From the NCBI GenBank assembly GCA_039591655.1, contig JBDHDE010000004.1, positions 1,056-65,055 on the forward strand: DNA of 64,000 nucleotides. The letters are read 5' to 3'. Under the pieces are notes generated by a model. The model searched no databases. It was not told the origin of the DNA and saw nothing but the letters and a program-made list of their open reading frames with translations. Of this stretch, positions 52,347 to 63,634 are shown piece after piece (the stretch's first letter is position 1; each line of letters opens with the position of its first letter). The position numbers were made by a program, and so were the translations under genes. Origin of the DNA: Gemmatimonadota bacterium. Its GTDB lineage: Bacteria; Gemmatimonadota; Gemmatimonadetes; Gemmatimonadales; GWC2-71-9.

Positions 52347-53402
52347 ATGCGGGTATTGCTAGGTATTCTCGGCGCGGGCTTCGTGGCCGCCTGTTCCCAC
52401 GGCGGGGGCGGTCAGTCCAGCGGAGTTACCGTCCTGACCCGCAACGTCTACGTGGGCACCGACGTCGACCAGGTGATGCGGGCGACGACGCCCGAGAACC
52501 TGTTGGAGCGCGTCGACGCGGCGTGGCAGATGCTCGCGGCCACGGACTTCGCCGAGCGTGCGGCGGCCCTCGCCGACGAGATCGCGGACGCCCGGCCACA
52601 CCTCATAGGCCTCCAGGAGATCACGGTGATCCGGATCCAGTCCCCCGGCGATGCCGCCGCGGGCGGTACGGTCCCGGCCGAGGACGAGGTGTGGGACTAT
52701 CTGGCGATTCTCATGGACGCGCTGGCGGAGCGCGGTCTGAGCTATCAGGTGGCCGGCGTCATCCAGGAGTCGGACGTGGAGATCCCTCGTGGCAATGCCA
52801 CCTTCGACGACGTGCGCGTGACGGACTACGACGTGGTCTTGGCGCGCAGCGATGTAGCGGTGTCCGACGTGGAAGCCGCGAACTATGCCGCGACGCTCGC
52901 GGTGCCCACGCCCGTCGGCGACATCGAGCTACGGCGCGGCTGGGTGGCCCTGGATGCACGGGTGGGCGGTGAGACCTACCGGTTCGTGAGCACCCACCTC
53001 GAGCCGGCCGATCACACCGACCGGGTCCAGGCCGCGCAGGTGGCCGAGCTGCTGGACGTGCTGGCCGACGAATCGCTACCCATCATCCTCGTGGGGGACC
53101 TCAACACCAGAGCGGATGGTAACGGCACGCCCACTTATCAGATGCTGCTCGACGCCGGGTTCGAGGATGCGTGGACCTCCGGCGGTGACCCCGGGGCTGC
53201 CGGGACGACCTGCTGCCACGATCTGGATCTGCGCAACGCGTCCCCGCAGCTGGATGAGCGCATCGATTTCGTCCTCATCAGAAATGCCGAGCGCGTCGTG
53301 ATCGAGGCCTGGGTCGTCGGGGACGAGCTCACCGACCGCACGCCCTCCGGACTGTGGCCGTCGGATCACGCGGGCGTGGCGGCCAGGATCAGAGCGCCAT
53401 AG
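52347..53402 (+). CDS. Endonuclease/exonuclease/phosphatase (EEP) family lipoprotein
   Basis: 351 aa from MRVLLGILGAGFVAAC. 'IGLQEI', 'ILVGDLNT', C-terminal 'WPSDHAGV'. Confidence 0.85.
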   Translation: MRVLLGILGAGFVAACSHGGGGQSSGVTVLTRNVYVGTDVDQVMRATTPENLLERVDAAWQMLAATDFAERAAALADEIADARPHLIGLQEITVIRIQSPGDAAAGGTVPAEDEVWDYLAILMDALAERGLSYQVAGVIQESDVEIPRGNATFDDVRVTDYDVVLARSDVAVSDVEAANYAATLAVPTPVGDIELRRGWVALDARVGGETYRFVSTHLEPADHTDRVQAAQVAELLDVLADESLPIILVGDLNTRADGNGTPTYQMLLDAGFEDAWTSGGDPGAAGTTCCHDLDLRNASPQLDERIDFVLIRNAERVVIEAWVVGDELTDRTPSGLWPSDHAGVAARIRAP

Positions 53403-53414
53403 TTTTCGGGCACT

Positions 53415-54050
53415 ATGTCGACCCCGTTGCTCATCAGCGCTGTGGTGTTCGCTGGCCTCGCGCTGGCGTTGTTCCTCGGCGGCCTCGTGGCCATGAAGCG
53501 CCGGCGCTTCCTGGGAACCGCCGCGAGTCTCCTCCTGGGACTGCTGCTCCTCAGCCTGGCGGGACTGTCGATCACGATCTCCGTGGCCATCCAGGGCTAC
53601 CGGGCCTTCACGAGAGAGGAGCTGGTAGCCACCGTGGAGACGCGGCCCACGGGCGTGCAGAGCTTCAACGCCACGTTCCGGTTCCCGGACGGCTCCGAGC
53701 GGACGTTCAGCCTCTCCGGGGACGAGTTCTACGTCGATGCACACATCCTCAAGTGGAAGCCCCTCGCCAATCTCCTGGGGTTGCACACGGCCTACGAGCT
53801 GGATCGCGTTGCCGGTCGCTACGCCGATCTCGAGGACGAGCAGACGAAAGCGCGGACTGTGTTCTCCCTCGCAGAGCAGAAGCCGGTGGACCTGTTCGAC
53901 CTGCGCCGCCGGTTCCCCCTGCTCAAGCCGCTGGTGGACGCCGAGTACGGTTCGGCGACCTTCATGCTCGCTGACGAGCGGGCTGAGTTCGAGGTGCGGG
54001 TGAGTACGACGGGCCTTTTGATTCGCCGTCTGGACGAGGAGGTGGGCTGA
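53415..54050 (+). CDS. Hypothetical membrane protein (two N-terminal TMs plus soluble domain)
   Basis: 211 aa. TMs 'LLISAVVFAGLALALFLGGLV' and 'AASLLLGLLLLSLAGLSITISV'. 12 nt after the EEP gene. No family recognised. Confidence 0.55.
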   Translation: MSTPLLISAVVFAGLALALFLGGLVAMKRRRFLGTAASLLLGLLLLSLAGLSITISVAIQGYRAFTREELVATVETRPTGVQSFNATFRFPDGSERTFSLSGDEFYVDAHILKWKPLANLLGLHTAYELDRVAGRYADLEDEQTKARTVFSLAEQKPVDLFDLRRRFPLLKPLVDAEYGSATFMLADERAEFEVRVSTTGLLIRRLDEEVG

Positions 54051-54087
54051 GGCTCGAGGGCCGTCCCCCGGGGAGACGCTGGTCTGC

Positions 54088-54113
54088 GGGGGGGTGCCGG
54101 GAGGCGCCCCCCC
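54088..54113 (+). terminator. GC hairpin after the hypothetical membrane protein gene
   Basis: GGGGGGGTGCC-GGGA-GGCGCCCCCCC (11 bp including one G-U), 38 nt after the stop, followed by CTCGTAT. Confidence 0.4.
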
Positions 54114-54151
54114 CTCGTATGGGCGGGGCCCGCAGTGAAAGGAATCTTTAT

Positions 54152-56081
<1,930 letters not shown>

Positions 56082-56106
56082 TCGGCCCCCTGGCTCCCCA
56101 GGTGAC

Positions 56107-56121
56107 GGTCGACTGTCGACC
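56107..56121. promoter_or_regulatory. Perfect 7-1-7 DNA palindrome (possible operator)
   Basis: GGTCGAC-T-GTCGACC, located between gdhA and the receiver-PPDK_N gene. Confidence 0.25.
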
Positions 56122-56146
56122 AGCTTAGGATTTCCTTGTAGGATGT

Positions 56147-56179
56147 GGCTGTGGGGAGGAGCCCCTCCTCCCCACAGCC
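56147..56179 (+). terminator. Perfect 15-bp hairpin downstream of gdhA
   Basis: GGCTGTGGGGAGGAG-CCC-CTCCTCCCCACAGCC, 66 nt after the gdhA stop. No U-tract, so the terminator role is inferred. Confidence 0.5.
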
Positions 56180-56203
56180 GGTGCCCGCTGCGGGGAGATC
56201 CCG

Positions 56204-59200
56204 ATGGGTCCAGAGAGTTCGGGGGAGATACGACACGCAGAGTACCGGAGCCGGCAGAGCCGGTTCCAGTACCTGATGTCATATCACGTCCAGGACATCC
56301 TGCTCGTCACCAGCCTCTACGACTCCTTCATCCTGTCCGAGGACGGCAATCTCGGTGAGCTGATCCTCACCGAGTTCCTCGATCTCAACCTGCGGCACTC
56401 GCCCGAGCTCACCCACGTCTCGACCGGCGAGGGGGCCCTGGCGCTCGCGACCGAGCGGCGACGGTACGATCTCATCATCTCCAGCCTCAATCTCGGCGAC
56501 ATGAACGTCCTGGAGTTCGCCGAGAAGCTCAAGGCAGCCGGCCTCGACACGCCGGTCGTGCTCCTGGCCTACGATGCACGCGAGCTCACCGACTTCGCCG
56601 CCAACAACGACATCTCCGGGCTGGAGCGGGTCTTCCTCTGGCAGGGCGATGTGAAGATCCTGCTGGCCATCGTGAAGTACATCGAGGACCGCAGGAACCT
56701 CCGGCACGACACCGGGGAGGCGGGCGTTCCCGCCATCATCGTGGTGGAGGACAACGTCCGGTACTACTCCTCGTTCCTTCCCGTGATCTACAGCGAGCTC
56801 ATGCTGCACGCGCACAACCTCATGCCCGAGGGTCTGAATCGCGCGCACAAGCTCATGCGGATCCGGGCGAGGCCGAAGATCCTGCTCTGCGAGACCTACG
56901 AGGAGGCGTGGGGGTTCATCACCGACTACCCAGACGAGATCCTCGGGCTCATCTCCGACATCGAGTTTCCGCGCGGTGGCAGGTTCGATCCGCTCGCCGG
57001 CGTGGCGTTGGCGAAGGAGGTCCGGGCGCTTCGGCATGACATCCCCATCATGCTCCAGTCAAGCAAGCCCGAGAACGAAGAGCTCGCGCATCAGGCGGGT
57101 GCGTCCTTCCTGCTAAAAGACTCCCCCGTCCTGCTTCACCAGCTGCGTGACTTCATGGCCGACGGTTTCGGGTTCGGCGACTTCGTGTTCCGGCTCGCCG
57201 ACGGGACCGAGCTGGATCGGGCGCAGGATCTGCAGGGGTTGATCGAGAGGCTCTGGACGGTGCCGGCGGAGAGCATTGCGCACCACGCGGCCGGCAATCA
57301 CTTCTCGCGCTGGCTCAAGACCCGCACCGAGTTCTCTCTCGCGGAGAGTCTGCGCCCCCGGCAACTGTCCGATTTCGGAGGCGTCGAGGAGCTGCGCCAC
57401 TACCTCATTCGCTCCATCGAGCAGTACCGGCGGGAGCAGAATCGCGGGGTCGTGGTCGATTTCGAGCGGGAGCGCTTCGATGGCTCGGTGCCGTTCACCC
57501 GCGTGGGTTCGGGGTCGATGGGGGGCAAGGCCCGCGGTCTGGCATTCGTGAATTACCTGCTCAAGGACGCATATGCATTCACGCAGTTCCCGGGAGTGCG
57601 CATCAATGTTCCCCCGTCGGTGGTGCTGGGTACCGACATCTTCGACGACTTCCTGGACCGGAATGACCTGCGTGATTTCGCCATCGAATGTGACGACGAC
57701 AGGAAGATCCTGAAGCGCTTCATCGAGGGGCGTTTCCCTCCGGCGGTCAAGCGGGACCTGGCGGTCTTCCTACGGCACATGCGGCATCCCCTGGCAGTAC
57801 GATCGTCGAGCCTGCTCGAGGACAACCAGTACCAGCCCTTCGCCGGGATCTACGAGACGTTCATGCTGCCGAACAACCGCGGCGATCTTAACACGCGGTT
57901 GAAGCGCCTCGTCGCCGCGATCACCAAGGTATACGCCTCCACGTTCTCCTCGCACGCCAAGGCATACCTGGATGCTACGCCGTATCGGCTCGAGGAAGAG
58001 AAGATGGCGGTGGTGATCCAGGAGATGGTGGGCGCGCCGCACGGTGGAGTATTCTATCCGGATTTCGCCGGTGTGGCGCGGTCCCATAACTACTATCCCA
58101 CGGCGCCGTGCAGGTCCGAGGACGGCATCGCGGCAGTGGCGCTGGGACTCGGCCGGACGGTGATGGATGGGGAGCGGTGCCTCCGGTTCTGCCCTCGATA
58201 CCCACGGCATGTACTGCAGTTCTCCTCCGTGCAGGAGTTCCTGAGCTACTCACAGCGGGAGTTCTGGGCGCTCGACCTCAGCAGGGAGGGACGCGACCCC
58301 CGCGGGGGTCACGGCCGTGACGATGAGCGAATGATCCGGCTCGGTCTGGAGCACGCCGAGCAGCACGGGACGCTGCAGGCCGTTGGGTCGACCTACTCCG
58401 ACGAAAACGATGCGGTGTACGACGGCTTGTCACGCCCTGGTGTACGGCTGGTGAGCTTCGCGCCGGTCCTCAAGCATCAGCTCTTCCCGCTCGCCCAGGT
58501 CCTCGACTACCTCCTGGAGTTGGGCGAGCAGGGCACCAGCGCGCCCGTGGAGATCGAGTTCGCCGTCAATCTCTCCACGCCCGCCGGACAGCCCAAGGAC
58601 TTCGGCTTCCTCCAGATGCGACCACTGGCGGTCACCCGGGAGTTCGAGGAGCTGAAGATCGGCGATGTGCGGCGGGAGGACCTCGTGGTGGAGAGCCCGT
58701 GCGTTCTCGGCCACGGAAGGATCGGGTACATCCGTGACGTCGTGGTCATCGACTACCACCGATTCGAGCGCTCGACGAGCCACGAGGCCGCCGCTGAGGT
58801 CGCGAGGCTCAATGCCGAGCTCAAGGCGAGTGGGACTCCGTACCTCCTGATCGGCGTCGGTCGGTGGGGTTCCGTGGACCCTTGGCTGGGGATCCCGGTG
58901 ACCTGGGACCAGATCGCGGGGGTGCGGGTGATCGTCGAGGCGGGCTTCAAGGATCTCCGAGTTACGCCGTCCCAGGGGACACACTTCTTCCAGAACCTGA
59001 GCTCGAACAACGTGGGCTACTTCACGGTCAACCAGGATGCCGACGAGGGGTTGGTGGACTGGGATTGGCTGGCCGGGCAGCAGGCGGTGAAGGAGATCCG
59101 CAACGTCCGCCACTTGAGATTTGATGAGCCCCTCGTGATCACCATGAACGGCAAGACCAATAGAGGGGTGATCTTCAAGCCGGGCGCGGCGGCCCGCAAC

Positions 59201-59236
59201 GACGTGGCAGTCGACAGCCTGGGAGCTGGACCCTAG
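56204..59236 (+). CDS. Receiver-domain / PEP-pyruvate-binding (PPDK_N ATP-grasp) fusion protein
   Basis: 1010 aa (GGGGAG RBS before ATG 56204; alternative ATG 56276). Degenerate REC 'ILLVTSLYD...LIISSLNLGDM'. Canonical REC 'IIVVEDNVRYY...LISDIEFP...LKDS'. PPDK_N motif 'GSGSMGGKARGLAFV' and 'LAVRSSSLLED'. No TSHAA swivel-His motif seen. Confidence 0.85.
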   Translation: MGPESSGEIRHAEYRSRQSRFQYLMSYHVQDILLVTSLYDSFILSEDGNLGELILTEFLDLNLRHSPELTHVSTGEGALALATERRRYDLIISSLNLGDMNVLEFAEKLKAAGLDTPVVLLAYDARELTDFAANNDISGLERVFLWQGDVKILLAIVKYIEDRRNLRHDTGEAGVPAIIVVEDNVRYYSSFLPVIYSELMLHAHNLMPEGLNRAHKLMRIRARPKILLCETYEEAWGFITDYPDEILGLISDIEFPRGGRFDPLAGVALAKEVRALRHDIPIMLQSSKPENEELAHQAGASFLLKDSPVLLHQLRDFMADGFGFGDFVFRLADGTELDRAQDLQGLIERLWTVPAESIAHHAAGNHFSRWLKTRTEFSLAESLRPRQLSDFGGVEELRHYLIRSIEQYRREQNRGVVVDFERERFDGSVPFTRVGSGSMGGKARGLAFVNYLLKDAYAFTQFPGVRINVPPSVVLGTDIFDDFLDRNDLRDFAIECDDDRKILKRFIEGRFPPAVKRDLAVFLRHMRHPLAVRSSSLLEDNQYQPFAGIYETFMLPNNRGDLNTRLKRLVAAITKVYASTFSSHAKAYLDATPYRLEEEKMAVVIQEMVGAPHGGVFYPDFAGVARSHNYYPTAPCRSEDGIAAVALGLGRTVMDGERCLRFCPRYPRHVLQFSSVQEFLSYSQREFWALDLSREGRDPRGGHGRDDERMIRLGLEHAEQHGTLQAVGSTYSDENDAVYDGLSRPGVRLVSFAPVLKHQLFPLAQVLDYLLELGEQGTSAPVEIEFAVNLSTPAGQPKDFGFLQMRPLAVTREFEELKIGDVRREDLVVESPCVLGHGRIGYIRDVVVIDYHRFERSTSHEAAAEVARLNAELKASGTPYLLIGVGRWGSVDPWLGIPVTWDQIAGVRVIVEAGFKDLRVTPSQGTHFFQNLSSNNVGYFTVNQDADEGLVDWDWLAGQQAVKEIRNVRHLRFDEPLVITMNGKTNRGVIFKPGAAARNDVAVDSLGAGP

Positions 59237-60390
59237 AACGCCTCTCCAATGCTCAGGTAGAACCCGCCGGATCCCACGTCGAAGCCCCAGCCGTAGTCGG
59301 CTCTGACGTTGAGGCCTTCCTGCCGGCTCAGCTGGAAGCGGAGGCCGCCGCCTGCGGAGAGCTTGAAGCGATCGAAGTCGAACTCACCGAACGTGCTCGC
59401 TACCTGCCCGACCTCGAAGAACCAGGCGATCCCCATGCGCCAAACCAGGGGCGCGCGGTATTCCCCCTGGAATGCCATGAGCTGCCGGTCCCGAAAGCGC
59501 CCTTGGAAGTAGCCCCGTAGGAGCACATCTCCCCCGAGCTCGGGGTAGAGGTCGAAGGGCGGCGCTCCCGACGACGCCATTCCCAGGGCCCGCAGTGCCA
59601 AGACGTGCGACGTGAACAGCGGGAGGTAGCCGCGGAGGTCCAGGGCGTACAGGCCGAAGTCGTAGTCGCTCCCGAAGACCCCGTCGTACAGCGTGGCGCT
59701 GAGTCGGTGGAGGCCGCCGCGTCGCGGAAACACGATGTTGTCCCGCGTGTCCCGAGTCACCACGAGCCCGAGTCCCACGATGCCGCCGTCCTCCGCACCC
59801 GGGACGGTGCCGCCGGCGAGTTGTCCGTCTTCCTCGACCTCGGTGAGCTTGCGGTAGGCGGCCTGTACGGTCCCTCCCAGGAACCATCCCGGGAACACCT
59901 CGCGCTGGAGGTCGAGCAGCGCGCTCACCGTCTCGGGGGTGTAGTCCTCCTCATCCTCGTCCGGGGTATTGTTCCCGATGCCCCAGAACTTGGTGGGGAA
60001 CTTCACGTATCCCACATCTCCCAGGAGCCGGGTCCGGCCCTCACGGCCCAGGTAGAGCTCCCCTCCCAGCGATGTGATGATCTGCTTCTTGGCCGTATAG
60101 ATGCCGATGACGGAGACTGTGGACGGGCGGCTAATCCCCTGGGCGGCCGTGGCGGCCTGCGAGAGTCGGAAGTAATAGCTCACCACCGCCCCGAACCCGA
60201 TCCCCGTCTCGGGCTGGTAGAACACGACCGGCAGTGGTACCAGGGTGTTGCCGGGAACCCGCGCCACACTGTCCTTACCGGCCTCCGTCGGCCCGCCTTC
60301 CTGGGCCGAGGCGGTATCGCCAACGGCGAGTGCCGCGACCACGATGGCGAGGCCGACGATCTTCTTGCGGCGGATGGGTGGGCAGTGCAC
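59233..60390 (-). CDS. Omp85/BamA-TamA-family outer membrane protein (surface antigen D15 barrel only)
   Basis: 385 aa, GTG start. Signal peptide 'IVGLAIVVAALAVGDTASA'. Barrel strands. C-terminal 'GGFYLSIGEAF'. No POTRA-length N-terminus. Confidence 0.78.
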   Translation of the reverse strand: MHCPPIRRKKIVGLAIVVAALAVGDTASAQEGGPTEAGKDSVARVPGNTLVPLPVVFYQPETGIGFGAVVSYYFRLSQAATAAQGISRPSTVSVIGIYTAKKQIITSLGGELYLGREGRTRLLGDVGYVKFPTKFWGIGNNTPDEDEEDYTPETVSALLDLQREVFPGWFLGGTVQAAYRKLTEVEEDGQLAGGTVPGAEDGGIVGLGLVVTRDTRDNIVFPRRGGLHRLSATLYDGVFGSDYDFGLYALDLRGYLPLFTSHVLALRALGMASSGAPPFDLYPELGGDVLLRGYFQGRFRDRQLMAFQGEYRAPLVWRMGIAWFFEVGQVASTFGEFDFDRFKLSAGGGLRFQLSRQEGLNVRADYGWGFDVGSGGFYLSIGEAF

Positions 60391-60400
60391 TGCGCGCGGA

Positions 60401-61033
60401 CTAGGGGATGCCCAGGTATTTGTGCGTCTGGATACTGAGGCTCCACTGCGGATGGGACAAGCAGTACTCCAGGGCCAGCCGCGTATTGCGCTCCCGCTCA
60501 GTGCCGTCCATGGGCTGCAGCGAGAAGTGGCCGAAACCGAGGTCGGCGTACATGTCGGGCGTTGCGTCCTCCTGGGGGAAGACCAGCTTGAGCTCGTCTC
60601 CCGACGTCTGCACCAGCGGTGCCCCGGCCTTGGGGCTCACGCAGATCCAGTCGATCCCGGCCGGGGCGGCGATCGTCCCGTTGGTCTCGACGGCCACCTC
60701 GAACCCCTCTCGATGGAGCGCGCCGATGAGCGCCGCGTCGAGCTGTAGCAGCGGCTCCCCGCCGGTGCATACCACGAATCGTCCCGTGTCACGCGACGGC
60801 CAGGTCCGGGCCACCGTCTCGGCGAGGGCCTCCGGCGTCGGGTAGCGCCCCCCGCCGGGACCGTCGGTACCCACGAAGTCGGTGTCACAGAACGGGCAGG
60901 TCGCGTGAGCACGGTCCTCGTCGCGCCCCGACCAGAGGTTGCAGCCGGAAAGACGCAGGAAGACGGCCGGACGGCCGGTGTGATACCCTTCGCCCTGCAG
61001 TGTGTAGTAGACCGTCTTGACCAGGTAGGTCAT
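60401..61033 (-). CDS. queE: 7-carboxy-7-deazaguanine synthase (radical SAM)
   Basis: 210 aa from [16 protein letters not shown]. Cluster motif '[19 protein letters not shown]' (CX14CX2C, counted by hand). 'GGEPLLQ'. Confidence 0.9.
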   Translation of the reverse strand: MTYLVKTVYYTLQGEGYHTGRPAVFLRLSGCNLWSGRDEDRAHATCPFCDTDFVGTDGPGGGRYPTPEALAETVARTWPSRDTGRFVVCTGGEPLLQLDAALIGALHREGFEVAVETNGTIAAPAGIDWICVSPKAGAPLVQTSGDELKLVFPQEDATPDMYADLGFGHFSLQPMDGTERERNTRLALEYCLSHPQWSLSIQTHKYLGIP

Positions 61034-61752
61034 CGGCGCAGCTCGGCGGGCCCAGTATGGTACCGGATCGGGTCGGGAACTCCGGCCTCGGCGAATCCTT
61101 TGAGCCGCAGATGACAGGCGTCGCACCGGCCGCACGCCTCGCCGGTGGGGAGCGGGTCGTAACAGCTTACGGTGAGCCCGAAATCCACGCCGAGCTCGAG
61201 TCCCTTGCGGATGATCTCGCCCTTCGTGAGCTCGATGAGTGGGGCGTGCACTCGTACCTCGACGTCGCCCTCCACCCCGGCCCTGGTGGCCAGGTTGGCC
61301 AACCGCTGAAAGGCCTTGATGTACTCGGGTCGGCAGTCAGGATAGCCGGAGTAATCCAGAGCGTTCACGCCAACGAAGATGTGGCCCGTGCCGAGGACCT
61401 CGGCCCAGGCCAGGGCCAGGGACAGGAGGATGGTGTTCCGGGCCGGGACGTAGGTGATCGGAATGTCCCTCCCGGATCCCTCCGCGCTCCGATCCTTGGG
61501 TACGGGGATGGCGTCCGTGAGGGCCGAACCGCCGAACCGGGCCAGGTCCACATGCAGCACGGCGTGCTCGGTCACCTCCATGGCCGCGGCGATCCGCTCG
61601 GCGGCCTCCAGCTCCACCGCATGGCGCTGGCCGTAGGCGACCGTGAGCGCGTATACTTGGTAACCCTGGGCCTTGGCGACCGCGAGCGTCGTGCTGGAGT
61701 CGAGACCACCACTCAGCAGGACGACGGCGCAGGGTCGCGAATCCGTGGTCAT
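61030..61752 (-). CDS. queC: 7-cyano-7-deazaguanine synthase
   Basis: 240 aa from [21 protein letters not shown] (PP-loop). C-terminal zinc cysteines 'SCY...[10 protein letters not shown]'. ATGA overlap with queE. Confidence 0.92.
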   Translation of the reverse strand: MTTDSRPCAVVLLSGGLDSSTTLAVAKAQGYQVYALTVAYGQRHAVELEAAERIAAAMEVTEHAVLHVDLARFGGSALTDAIPVPKDRSAEGSGRDIPITYVPARNTILLSLALAWAEVLGTGHIFVGVNALDYSGYPDCRPEYIKAFQRLANLATRAGVEGDVEVRVHAPLIELTKGEIIRKGLELGVDFGLTVSCYDPLPTGEACGRCDACHLRLKGFAEAGVPDPIRYHTGPAELRR

Positions 61753-61755
61753 ACG

Positions 61756-62181
61756 GTGAAAACTAAACCTGTGGACGAGCTGCCACGCACTGGGCCGCTG
61801 CCCGCGCCCGAGAGTCCTGACCAAGCCCGTGACGTCCTGCGACGGGAGGCCTTTCCGGCGCCCGACGTCCAGTGGGTCACGCTCGACGCCACGGAGTTCA
61901 CCGCCATCTGTCCCCGGAGCGGCCAGCCCGACTTCGGCACGGTGACCATCGAGTACGTTCCTGATGAGCGGTGTCTCGAGTCGAAGGCGGTCAAGTATTA
62001 CCTCTGGTCGTACCGTAACGAGGGTGCGTTTTGCGAGACCTTGGCCGAGCGGATCGCTCGGGATGTGGTGTACGCTATTGAGCCCAGGTACGTTCGGGTG
62101 CAGGTGAACCAGAATGTGCGGGGCGGGATCGCCATCGTGGCTGTCGCTGAGCGGGGGGATCGAAGTGCTGGGACTCCCTAG
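61756..62181 (+). CDS. queF: NADPH-dependent 7-cyano-7-deazaguanine reductase (unimodular type)
   Basis: 141 aa from GTG 61756 (or GTG 61771). '[41 protein letters not shown]' contains the catalytic Cys and the QueF motif. The upstream 230 codons of the track ORF are antisense to queC. Confidence 0.88.
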   Translation: MKTKPVDELPRTGPLPAPESPDQARDVLRREAFPAPDVQWVTLDATEFTAICPRSGQPDFGTVTIEYVPDERCLESKAVKYYLWSYRNEGAFCETLAERIARDVVYAIEPRYVRVQVNQNVRGGIAIVAVAERGDRSAGTP

Positions 62182-62251
62182 CGCCTGGAGGCGGAAGCGG
62201 TGAGTCGGGTCGCGCGTCGCGGGACGATCTCCTCAACAGTGACCGGTTGAC

Positions 62252-63634
62252 ATGGCGACAACGGCCAAGAGAGTGACCAAGCCCAGGAGGGCCAAGGCGG
62301 CCTCCGAGGACCTCAATCCCTTTCACATCGCCCAGCAGCAGTTCGATACTGCGGCGGCCTACATTCCGACACTCCCACCGGGGTTGGACGAGTTCCTCAA
62401 GCGTCCTGAGCGGCTCATCACGGTGGAGTTCCCCATCGAGAAGCAGGACGGCACGATGCTCTCGTTCATCGGATTTCGCTGCGTCCACAATAGGGCGCGG
62501 GGGCCCGCGAAGGGCGGCATCCGCTACCACCAGGATGTCACCGCCGACGAGGTTCGGGCGCTCGCTTCCTGGATGACCTGGAAGTGCGCCGTCGTCGACG
62601 TGCCGTTCGGGGGTGGCAAGGGGGGGATCGCATTCAATCCCAAAGAGTTCAGCATGGGAGATGTGCGGAAGGTCACGCGCCGCTTCATCGCAGCGCTGGG
62701 CGACAATATTGGGCCGCACACCGATATCCCGGCCCCCGACGTGAATACCGACGCCGGCACTATGGCCCGGATCTACGACACCTATGCGATGATGCACCCC
62801 GGTGAGAATTGTCTGCCGGTGGTCACGGGCAAGCCCATCGAGCTGGGCGGCTCACGGGGAAGGCGAGAGGCTACGTCCCGTGGCTGCCTGTTCTGCGTGC
62901 AACAGGCATTGAAGCGGGGTGTGGTGCCCGGGCGGGACTCCGTGAGGGGCGCCACCGTGGTGATCCAAGGTTACGGCAATGCCGGGAGCTACGCGGCCCA
63001 GCTCTTCGCGGAGCAGGGCGCGAAGATCATCGCCGTGAGCGACTCCCAGGGGGGGATCCACGATCCCGACGGGCTCGACTGGGCCGCCGCCCTGGAGCAC
63101 AAGCGGCGCACCAAGTCGGTGGTGGGCTACGGCGGCTGTGAGAAGGTGAGCAATACAGAGATCCTCACGATCCCCTGCGACATCCTCGTACCGGCGGCCC
63201 TGGAGAACGTGATCCGTGGGGACAATGCGGCCGACGTGAAGGCCAAGCTGGTCGCGGAGGCGGCCAACGGACCCACCACACCGGAGGCGGACAAGATCCT
63301 GTTCCAGCGGGGAGTCCCCGTGCTGCCGGACATCCTCGCGAACGCCGGCGGCGTGACGGTGAGCTACTACGAGTGGGTGCAGAACATCGAGAACGAGCAG
63401 TGGGATGAGGATGCGGTGAACGGCAAGCTGCTGAAGAAGATGACGCGCGCCACGGATGCGGTCATCGATGCACAACAGGAGATCAACAGCTCCCTCGACG
63501 ACCTGCAGGCCGAGCGTGAGAAGCGGGGGCTGGGCGGTTCACCACTCAAGCCGGTGGATCTACGGATGGCGGCCTACGTGCTGGCCATCAAACGTGTGGC
63601 CAATGTGACGCTCGCCCGGGGGATCTGGCCCTAG
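62252..63634 (+). CDS. Glu/Leu/Phe/Val dehydrogenase family, glutamate dehydrogenase (second, divergent type)
   Basis: 460 aa. 'KGGIRYHQDV', 'VPFGGGKGGIAFNPKEFS', Rossmann 'IQGYGNAGS'. Clearly different lineage from the gdhA at 54720. Confidence 0.9.
   Translation: MATTAKRVTKPRRAKAASEDLNPFHIAQQQFDTAAAYIPTLPPGLDEFLKRPERLITVEFPIEKQDGTMLSFIGFRCVHNRARGPAKGGIRYHQDVTADEVRALASWMTWKCAVVDVPFGGGKGGIAFNPKEFSMGDVRKVTRRFIAALGDNIGPHTDIPAPDVNTDAGTMARIYDTYAMMHPGENCLPVVTGKPIELGGSRGRREATSRGCLFCVQQALKRGVVPGRDSVRGATVVIQGYGNAGSYAAQLFAEQGAKIIAVSDSQGGIHDPDGLDWAAALEHKRRTKSVVGYGGCEKVSNTEILTIPCDILVPAALENVIRGDNAADVKAKLVAEAANGPTTPEADKILFQRGVPVLPDILANAGGVTVSYYEWVQNIENEQWDEDAVNGKLLKKMTRATDAVIDAQQEINSSLDDLQAEREKRGLGGSPLKPVDLRMAAYVLAIKRVANVTLARGIWP

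Noticed and set aside
61057-61755. N-terminal 233 codons of the 374-aa ORF containing queF
   Set aside because: This part is antisense to queC and has shadow-ORF composition. QueF homology starts about 50 residues before the catalytic Cys, consistent with the GTG at 61756.
61753-61755. preQ1 riboswitch associated with the que genes
   Set aside because: There is essentially no non-coding sequence between queC and queF. No leader region exists in which the aptamer could reside.
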